This document shows, piece by piece, positions 11,682 to 21,339 of a stretch of 54,004 nt of DNA (its first letter is position 1; each line of letters begins with the position of its first letter). Source of the stretch: Octopus bimaculoides (lineage: Eukaryota). Below the pieces are notes generated by a model. The model did no database searches, was not told the DNA's origin, and saw nothing but the letters and a program-made list of their open reading frames with translations. The stretch is from positions 56,113,264 through 56,167,267 of the forward strand of contig NC_068992.1 in assembly GCF_001194135.2 (NCBI RefSeq), given 5' to 3'. A program made the translations under genes and the position numbers.

Positions 11682-12548
11682 AGGTCTGATCAATAAGTAT
11701 CCGGAATCTTGCCATAGTAATGAAGCTAAAGCATGCCGAGTGAAGCCGCTTTACACAGATTGACTTTGAACTCTGCTGTGTATGCGCACTAAGTTTTAAC
11801 ATTGTAGCTCACTTCCAGTGTTTACAGCAGTGCTTGGAAAGAAGGTGAGTAGTATGTGATTGTGGCATTGACTATAACATCAAATTTTGCCAAAAGCTTA
11901 GTGATACCTGCTCAGAGGCCTTCACAAAGTTTTCAAAAGGTTTTCATTGCTCTTGACACAATCAAGAAGATCTTGTGCAACCAAAACCTGAGTGTGTTTT
12001 TGATCAGCTGAAAGCAGTTTTGGAACAAACTCGGCAGACATGCATCTCCTACCCAAATCTTCGGTGCTAATGGACTGAACTGAACCATAACTAATCTGCA
12101 CATCCTCTGATAACTCATGGATGGTGATTCAACGATTTCCCCTCACAGCTGTAGGCACAGCTGCGATATTTTTCTCAGTTCTGCCGGTTGCAGGTGACCC
12201 ACAACATTCGTCAATATCAACATTTTTCTGGCCATCTTCAAAATGTCTGAATCACTCGTGCATTTGTGCGCGGCTCATACACACCTCTCCATACACTTTC
12301 TGCACCCTTACATAAGCCTCTGAGCAGGTATTACCATGACAACTTTCTCTCTCATGTTCAATGCGACAATCACACACGCTACACACCTTCCTTCAAAGCA
12401 CTGCTGTAAACAGCGGAAGTGAGAATGTTGAAACTTAATGCGCATGCACAGCAGAATTCAAGAACAATCTCCACCAAGCAGTTTCAGTCTGTGTGCTTTA
12501 GCTTCATTACTATGGCAACAACAGTCAGGATACTTATTGATCAGACCT

Positions 12549-12550
<2 letters not shown>
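11682..12550. mobile_element. Mariner-derived element made of two 5' ends in inverted orientation
   Basis: aggtctgatcaataagtatccgga (11682-11705) matches the reverse complement of 12525-12548 at 23/24; arms stay alignable for about 250 bp. The minus strand encodes a decayed mariner N-terminus (...ITIHELSEDVQISYGSVQSISTEDLG...AEFVPKLLSADQK). Confidence 0.8.
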
Positions 12551-12619
<69 letters not shown>

Positions 12620-12696
12620 AGATATATTTATATACACACATATGTATGTCATCATCATCATCATTTAACATCTGTCTTCCATGCTGGTATGGTTTG

Positions 12697-12739
<43 letters not shown>

Positions 12740-12850
12740 GAGAGAGAGAGAGAAAGAAAGAAAGAAAGAGAGAGAAATATTCACACTACACACACACACA
12801 CATGCGCGCACTCATATGAAAAGGAACTCTCTCTCTATCTCTCTCCCTCT
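12551..12850. repeat. (TA)n/(GA)n/(CA)n microsatellites with an embedded retroposon tail at about 12645-12700 (minus)
   Basis: Directly visible. Confidence 0.85.
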
Positions 12851-13229
12851 TCTAAAATAGACAAGAAACCTCAGTGTTGTAGTTGGTGTGTTTCGAAGAA
12901 TGCATCACTTACTTACCTACTGCCTACCAATTAATCTGTTTTCCAACATTTCTTCATCATATGGTAGATAAGTCTGTCTGACAAACGCTAGCTACTTATA
13001 ATTACTCTCAGTAAATGTAAAATGTACTTCAGTATACCATTATGATTCTGTTCCACCACAATCTATGCCAAAACTATTAAATAACTGCCAACATCATCAG
13101 TGATTGAGCCTCTGTGTGGTTTTACACAATCTACTTAATATAGCAGCCAAATTAGCCTTAAATCATAATTGTTGGCCACTGGATGGAGTATATTGGTACA
13201 ATGTGGTTGTGGGTGCACTGTGCCATGTG

Positions 13230-13715
13230 TAAAATGCGGGGTGGTAGCAGCTGGAATGTTTTTTTAACTGCAGGTTTATCCACCACCAGAAGGGTTTGTT
13301 CAAAGTAAAATGATTTCAAATTCTTCGAGGAGATCCATCAAATTCATGTGCACGATATCGAAGAATAACTGAATGCCTCAAAAGATTGGTCATTGAATAT
13401 GGGTCAACAAGAAAAATTGATTTTTTTGAAGAGTGTGGCATATAATTTGCATCAATTTTAAGTGATTGTAATCAATCATTAGTTATATCTTATTAAGTTT
13501 TTAAAATGACATTTTTTAAAAATACATTTTTCCACAGTATTTTACTTGAATCCTATCAATAAAATTCTCAATGATTAATTGATTTTCATGTTCACCTTGT
13601 TTTCTAAAGAGTTTATTTAAAATTGGACAAAAAGTCATTGGACAAAAACATCATCGGACAAAACGTTGTTGGACCAAAAGACATGGACGAAGTAATGTTG
13701 GACAAAGTGACATCG
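13230..13715 (+). mobile_element. Mutator-like (MULE) transposase C-terminal remnant plus subterminal tandem repeats
   Basis: From 13317 the frame reads QILRGDPSNSCARYRRITECLKRLVIEYGSTRKIDF, then with one extra T LKSVAYNL, like MULE C-termini (LDYLRGIAHN). Repeated (tt)ggacaaaa units at 13622-13715. Confidence 0.5.
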
Positions 13716-14869
13716 AAGGAAAATTCAGGTCATGCTTCCTTCAAATCCTATTCCATCACTTTTAAAAAGGGAAGGCCACACATTAGTTCTTGGAGTACTT
13801 TGTACACCTAAACAAAAACCTTGATCAGGATTGACCTGGAGGTAAATAACAACAACAACAACAACAACAACAGCTGCGACTATTTTTTCTCTTTTCTCTG
13901 TTATGGCATTGCATATCAAGGATTACATTATCTAATGTGCCCTTCCTTTCGTAAAATGTGATATGATTTGATAGAGATTTAGTTGTTAATTCTTGCTGGT
14001 TAAGGAGACTGAATAGAAGCTCCTTTAGACAAAGAGGGGCTTCAACTGAGAATATATTAACACTATAGCCAAAGGAAAATATTCCTCCTCCTCCTTGTCG
14101 TCGTCATCGACGCCACCATCATCATCACCACCACCACCACCACCACCACCAGTTATTGGTTGCAATTCCTGACAAAATGGGATTTGAACTCAAGATGCAC
14201 AGAGATGCACCAGACACTGCAAGAAGCCCTGTCCAATGCCCTAACAATTCTGAAAATCTGTCAACCTGGACTGGTACTCTGTTTATGAATTTGAAAATAT
14301 GAAAGGCAAATTTAACCTTGGTAGGATTTGAACTCAGAGTGCAGTGAGTCAAAACTAATACTTTGAGGCACTCTATCCAACATGCTAACATCTGCCATGG
14401 ATGCCAAGCAGTGGTATTGAATCCAGGACTTTGTGGTTGTGAAGCAAACTTCTTAACCATTTGGCCATACTACACCTACATACACATACATACATGCACA
14501 TATATAGATATGTAGACACATATATATGCATGTGTGTTTGTGTGTGTGTGTGTGTGTTTGTATGTATATATATATGTATACACACACATATTATATACAT
14601 GTGTGTATATATATATAAAAAAATGGAGATATTACGGACAAGAGGAGCCAAACAGCCTGAATGATTTACTTTACAGATTTATTTTATATAATAAAAAAAG
14701 AACCTGAAAAATAAAAGTTAACATTAAATTTACTTCTTAATCTTGTATGCTTTGCAATTTCTTTTAAAATATTGCAGAGCATACAAATGATTCTGCTTTA
14801 AATGCGGTATTAGTTTCAGCATATCTTTTTAGCATATTCTGTTTCTTCTTTTTCTTTTATATATATTTC

Positions 14870-15085
14870 CTGGCAGTGGGTGAATATTGCAAATTCTATT
14901 AATACGTGAGGCAGTATTTGAAAGTTGAATCTTCATATCAGCTTTCATAGCTAATCTGTTTCTGAATCTTTTGGTTTTGGTGTAAAATAACGAACCAAGT
15001 CTCTCATAAATATTTTGATTGAAACAGCCCCAACCCGTAAATCGTATATTCAAGTATGTACGGTAAATTGGAAAGATCATTAGAA
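14870..15085 (-). mobile_element. hAT (Buster/Charlie-type) transposase C-terminal remnant
   Basis: ERLGSLFYTKTKRFRNRLAMKADMKIQLSNTASRINRIC resembles the hAT dimerisation tail (KTKYRNRL...D.R.QLS). Confidence 0.6.
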
Positions 15086-15329
15086 TGTAAGAAGATAAAA
15101 TACCTGGTGGTATTTGTTTTGTTCAACTCTCTACACTTTGGGTCAGTAAAATATATACTAGTCCAGAGTAGAGGATTAACAGAATACAGATTAGTGAAAT
15201 CAATATTCTGCTAACGAACAGAACAGATTTGTGATATTTGTTCTGTTTTTTTTTTTATTATTTAGATATGAATTCTTGAGTGGTAAACTCAGAACTTTTA
15301 AGAGAGAGGTTCAGCCAGTACATCAGCCT

Positions 15330-15497
15330 GGGGTCTAGAGAGTACAGGAAGGGGTCTGGAAAGCCATGAAAGCTCCAGAGAGCAAAGGAGGGACCTGGAG
15401 AGCTATGAAGAGGTTTTGAGAGCTATGGAGGGGTCTGGATAGCTATGGAGGATCTATAGAGCCAGGGAGGATTCTGGAGAGCCATGGGAAGAGTCTG
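15330..15497. repeat. Degenerate minisatellite of about 20 bp (gggtctggagagctatgga)
   Basis: Seven to eight diverged tandem units visible. Confidence 0.65.
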
Positions 15498-15559
15498 TAA
15501 CAATACACTGGGCTTATTCCATTCACTAAACCTCATAGCTCCCTTGAATTTGGAGCAGA

Positions 15560-16200
15560 GCCCTTTTCTCAGAAATCTGAACATAGTCTTGTTCTGCTAG
15601 CCAAATTCTTACTCTTTGTATCCAGCATTTGCCAGAGGAGCATCTTGTTTTTTCTCTTCATTCATGACATATCAGTAAGGCACTCTACAATTCTCACCTT
15701 CTCTACTTGTCAATCCAGAGAGGTAAATTCTCTTACTCTTTCACTCTCCTTCTTTCATTCAGTCTCTCAGCAGTCGCCTGTAGATGAACATAGCTCTGAC
15801 ATGGACAACAAAACTTCAACTAATCCTCATTCAATAACTCAAAGCAGTTGTTTTAATACTGTAACTATAAAATAAACACCATTTCAGCTATTATTTTCTT
15901 CTTTCATTTATTCAATGCACTTTGAAAACAACCAACTTATCCATTACGTTCTTGGTGATCTGACATTTACCATACCTCCTATCAATTGTTGCATTTAACA
16001 ACTCCAACTTGCCAACCATCAGCATACAAACCATTGCTTTTCCCGACAAACTGTTACATTTCTGGTAACTTTCTGGCTCTTTTAAAATGTTACAAGTTCA
16101 TAGTGTTTGGTTTGTTCAGTTCTTTTGGCTACACAATCCTTGGACACCTCCCATTTGTATTTTTCTAGATTTCAACTGACTTACAGTAACCTGGAGGGCT
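15560..16200 (+). mobile_element. Possible old LINE reverse-transcriptase remnant (CR1/L2/Jockey-like)
   Basis: Short frameshifted peptides (LFFLFIHDI, HFENNQL, LTFT) occur in the order expected for the RT C-terminal region; heavily decayed. Confidence 0.3.
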
Positions 16201-16362
16201 AGACTCGATATTTCTCACCTGCTAAAGAAAACCAATTATCAGAAGTTGATTGACAAGCCACTTGTCAAGGGATGGCATGCAGTTTCATACCATAATGAAG
16301 TCAACTGCTGTGGCTTTCCAGCTAGATCAACACTCTATTTCCTGCAGAATATTGATCTAGAA

Positions 16363-16692
16363 CAGGGTTTCTCAACCATTTTTTATCTATGGACCCCATT
16401 GATTACTATTTTATTCTGGTGGACTCCTATAGCCATTTGATATTTAAAAACTAGTTTTTTAGAAACTTCTTTCAAAATTCCTTTGTTTTTCACACATGGT
16501 TGAACAATGTGAGGCATTAGAGAAAGAAATCTGTTTCTTGCATTATATACCAATACATACATCTAAAGCAAAAAATTTTCAGGAACCCTTGGAATATTAT
16601 TGTAGATCTCCATTTTACTATTTTGTTGCATGGACCCCCAAGAATCTTATAGGGACCTTCAGGGACAAATAGACCCCTATTGAGAACCACTG
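16363..16692. mobile_element. hAT-Charlie MITE, 330 bp
   Basis: TIRs cagggtttctcaa / ttgagaaccactg; 8-bp TSD atctagaa (16355-16362) versus atctaaaa (16693-16700), fitting the NTCTAGAN Charlie target. Confidence 0.85.
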
Positions 16693-18786
16693 ATCTAAAA
16701 CCTAAACAAGTGAAGAAAGCCATTGAGATAGGCACAATAGCTGAAAACAGCTCAAGGTGGCTATGGTTGATAAGAGACAAGTGGAACCCTTCCCATAGGC
16801 GAAGGCTAATTCAGTCCTCACTGCCCCCATCCCTTCAAGCAAAGCGTACAGGCTAAAGGGTAAAATGCCTGTGTCCCTGACACACCCGCTGACGATATGG
16901 AAAGGTTACCAATATAGAAGAGTTTCGAAACACCTGAGTAGCTCCTGCAGCTTCTGCATGGAGCAAAGCATCTCCGAGGTCTATTTGTTGTGTGCATGTG
17001 TGTTTGCCCCCCTCCACTTGACAATCGTTTGTTTATGTCCCCATGACTTTGGAGTTTGGCAAAAGCAACCGATAGAACAAGTACTAGGCTTAAAAATAAG
17101 TACAGGGGTCAAATTGTTCGACTAAACCCATCCATATACAAATGGTACTTGCTTTATCTAGTGCTCAAGATATTTTCTTAAATAGTTCACTTTATACGGC
17201 TATGTACCAATACTGTTTTCTGTTCTGTTTTGCTTGAATCTAAGTCCTTTGGCCACCAGAGATAAAGTTGGCCAATTGGCATACTGATGTAGGCTACTGA
17301 GGTAGAAACACGAGTCCACGACTCTCCTCTTAATTCCAGACAGCAAGCTTTCCCCTTTCCTTAATGGCATGTCAGCATCAGAGAAATTTTGTATTTTGAG
17401 ATTATCTCCCCTTCTCATGTGGAGCTGGTCACAAATACCCTTTGGTAATTGTGATGCGACGTCTAGAGGCGGAGATAACTTTAATAAATCAATCATTTTT
17501 GTTGTAAGGTATTTAACACTCCGGTATTTGCCTATGTTAACGGTAAGGACTACTCAAGCATACAAATGTTGTTTAATATCAATGATTGAACAAGGACTGC
17601 TGCTGTTGTTTTGTAACTAGCCCTTCGCCAGCTCTTACTAAGTAGTCTTATGACGAAACAATTCCAGCCACGATTAAACTGTTTTTTCTTTTATGACAAT
17701 GTTATAACAATTGGGACATCGTTAAAAGGGATCAACTGGACTGTTACTAAGGGCTTACGTAAACAAATTTCCATAATAGACTAATCTGCCTGTATAACAT
17801 GTTCTTGGAAGCAAGTTTGACTAATAAATTACTGGTGCATTAACTGTTGTTGTTTCACTGCTATACCGTAGTTAGGTGGTATTGTTATAGATTTTTAGCC
17901 GACAATGCATGAATAGACATTAGTTAACACTACGTACAATATTTTTGTGGACAGAAAAAAAAGGCTCTAATCAGAAGCCTTTATAAGTAGTATCTCTGAA
18001 GGCGAATGAAAAGAATACTCAGACATTGGTGGAATCCCAACACAGGATTGAAACTAGTCCGCCTGATCCTGTTTTTTCCCCTTCTTCTGTCCTCGAAAAT
18101 ATTGCGACTGAGTATCTGTATTAGTAGGTAGTCACTCATACTTAGCGGTCACGGTTGGAACGCTTTCGTAGTCATACAGCTGCTCGATTACGTCTAATTT
18201 AGTGTTAAACAAGAAAATATGTGAAAAAAAAAATATATATATTATCAAGCAAAATCATCAGATGGGTAAACTTTCGGCAAACCGAGTCCTTGGAGGTAGT
18301 TTCGATTCGCATTTGAAATTAAACGATTTTAATCATGCCATTGAAAAGGCATGCATCTCTTAATCTCAATACAATTTATGAGCTGTGCTTTGGTATGAAA
18401 TTAGTATAGAGAATTCAGAGCACCAGACTAATGCATCACAATATTTAGTAGTCCCCCACCCATCTCTCTCTATCACGAAAGACTACATTTTTAGCTATTC
18501 GCCACCCTACCCAACCCTATCACATTGCTGCAAACCATCCTTGCTCCTCCCTTGGGTCGATAACATAAAGTACAAATAGCAAACTTGCATAGCTGATTCT
18601 GTCAAACTTACAATATTACCATTTAATGAATGAATAAATAAATGAATATATGTACATATCTATATATATATATATACACACACACATAATGTTACACAAT
18701 AACTGGCTTTGTGCATAAACACCAGAAATAAATATTAATAAAGTAGTAAGTATGCTCACATACCCTAATCACCCCCTTATGCTAAG

Positions 18787-18873
18787 TATATAATGGACTC
18801 AACCAGTACTTCATAGTTTTACGCATGCTCGTCTGACGTCCCGGTCAGATCACGACTTTGTGTTCAGGTAAGA
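18787..18873 (+). promoter_or_regulatory. Candidate GAPDH core promoter and non-coding first exon (TATATAA 18787-18793, Inr-like TAGTT near 18815, donor CAG|gtaaga at 18868)
   Basis: TATA about 28 nt before an Inr-like motif, CRE-like TGACGTC at 18834, a strong donor, and a CpG-retaining setting. The ATG exon has an acceptor, so an upstream exon must exist. Confidence 0.4.
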
Positions 18874-19515
18874 AGATGTCTCCTTAACACTCTCGCGCAG
18901 TTGTCATTTCTCTCTTTCTCTTATTGCTGTGTCTTGTTTATTCTTTAATTTATTCTCTACCACTGCCCTGTCACACTAGACACGTATAATAATGATTATC
19001 TGTTAATTCATGTTTATCTTATCGAGGAGGATTTTTTTTTGCTTGTCTTCCTTTTCTATAAATTTCTTTTAATTCTAGTTATTTCTTTTTTCCTAAATGT
19101 AATTATTCTCAAACCTTTTCCTTCACCACTCTACCCTTCTTTTTTTTTTTTTTGTCTGATCACTGACTCTTTCTCTCTCCTTTTTTTTTCTCTCATTTTC
19201 TCTTTCCCCCTTTCTGCTTCTGTCCCGTTTTTTCCCTCCCACTTTATCTCCCTCTCTCTGATTTTCCTCTTTTCTCTCTCCTCCTTACCCTTTCCCTTAG
19301 ACGTCATTCGTCCTTGACAATTATCTGTGACACGGATACCTTCGCCTTGTTCCTATTTATACATTAAAAAAACGCATCCAAAACCCAAAAACCCAATAAA
19401 TTCTATTATCCAAGCTATTTCAAATTATTCTTTTTTCAAAATCATTAAATGTTATTACGTATTTATATGTAAAGTGATGAGATTTTGTGGTGTTCATGCT
19501 TTCTGTTTTTGTTTC

Positions 19516-20332
19516 CTCAAGGACATTTGCGATATTTTAATTTTCTCAATATATGAACATATCTTCATTTCTTTAAAAAGAAATTCTCGAAATTTAAAAT
19601 AGCTAATATACATAATATATATTTAAGAATAAAAAATTCTAATGTAAGTTCAGTTGGCCGAGCACTGAGCTCTACTTTTGTTAGTGTTCTAACATATTTT
19701 ATTTAACATGAAATATTTAATTAAATATGGTAAAGCTTGCTTAGTATTAGCATCAGTGACGGATTTCGGCATATAAGGCTAAATGTTAGGACTTAGATCT
19801 GTAAAGGCTTGGAAATAAGTTGTATTAATTAGGACTTGGTGTAATTTTTAAATGGTAGTGGTGGTGGTGGTGAGGATGCAAAGTTAAGGCCTCATCGACT
19901 CATAAAGTGCCGAATTTAGACATAAAGGCCGGAAAACTCCGGTCGAGGGCCTCACAATGTGCACGGGGGCCTGAAAATGGATAAAAAGCCATGTTGTAAT
20001 TAAATACAAAAGATCGAAATCCTTGCAAGCTTTGTTATATCGAAGGACGTCACCGACACTAAATTCGGCACCAATTATGCACATAATAATTACATACATG
20101 TTAATTACCATTTTTTTTTTTTAATACTTAAGTTTTACGAGCTTAATAATGTATTCTTTTAGCTTTGAAATTAATTTGCAATCCCAATAAGTTCAATTAT
20201 TAATGAGACGTTTATGATAACGGAATTAAATGTTGGGTTTTAAATACGTGGAAGGTGTAAATTTTTATTGATATAATGTCGAAGTCTGTATAACCTATTT
20301 CCACCTATTGAAAAATCTTTTGTGTACATATT

Positions 20333-20367
<35 letters not shown>

Positions 20368-21339
20368 CATATGTGTAGTCATTGCTTTCTCCATTAAACT
20401 TTCTTTTATCTCTACCACCTTTAAATAAGAGAGATAAGGGCGTTTTGTTGTTTTTTCTTTAAAGTAGGCCGACCGACCATTAATTAAACGACCAGATTCA
20501 TAGAAATAATTAACAAAGGATCTTTTGTTAGTTTTTCGCACTTCTTCTTCATTGTTTAGCATTGATATATTTGTTCTGTGATATTTATTGCCTGTTATAG
20601 CCATTATTCTTCTCTTTCCTCTTTTTCTTGTTTTCCCTCCCAATCCTGCTAACTTGTCACGTACTTCCCCACACCTTTTAATAATGGCGTGTTCTCACTC
20701 TTTCAATAACTACGTAGCTGTTCGTTTCTATATTAACGGCGTTGATTATTTAATTCTAACCTTTTATTCTCTCTTTACTTAAACTAATCAGCTATTTTTT
20801 TTTAATTGTAAAAATTTCGGAGAAAAATTAATAAAAACGGCCTAGGATGTGATATGACCTTGAGTGCTTGGGGTGAAGGTCATATGGCGGTCGTTTCTTT
20901 TCTTTTTTTTTTTTTAGTCAAATTTGCTGCACCCATTTTCTTTTAAAATTTCTCTTTTTATTGTATGGCTTTTTCTTTTAATATTTATAGCCAATATTAC
21001 TTACTGCCAGTATTTTTTTCTTTTTGAAGCCTGGGAGAAATTAGTGTATAAGATGTATACCATTCTCAAGGACATTTAGCTAGCGACGTCATACAAAAGA
21101 GGAGGCATACTTTTAGTATGGTCTCTGTGCCTGCTAAAAATAGCAGTCAAATTTCCTTATCACAGATTAAAACAAAAATTGAAAGAACACGAAAGATAAG
21201 GCCATCTTAGATACACCTAAGATGGCATATCCTTCGGTAGGAACATCTTTGATGGTACTTTCGCTTGATCAGCACTGACATAGAACTGTTTGATCGGAGG
21301 AAATGATTCCATGAAGTTCATGCCTTTCTCAAGGTCATT
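19516..21339. promoter_or_regulatory. Cluster of extended nuclear-receptor half-sites (ERR/NR5A type)
   Basis: TGACCTTGA 20855-20863 (reverse TCAAGGTCA), TGAAGGTCA 20874-20882, TCAAGGTCA 21329-21337, TCAAGGACA 19517-19525 and 21066-21074. Confidence 0.45.
19907..20071. mobile_element. Possible short hAT-like MITE
   Basis: Perfect 13-bp inverted ends gtgccgaatttag / ctaaattcggcac with internal gggcctc/ggggcct motifs; no TSD found. Confidence 0.35.

Noticed and set aside
13725-13815. Possible minus-strand terminal exon (VQSTPRTNVWPSLFKSDGIGFEGSMT*)
   Set aside because: Only a weak acceptor, no partner exons and no recognisable similarity.
8057-14664. YIYI, HTHT and CVCV ORFs
   Set aside because: Translations of TA, CA and TG microsatellites.
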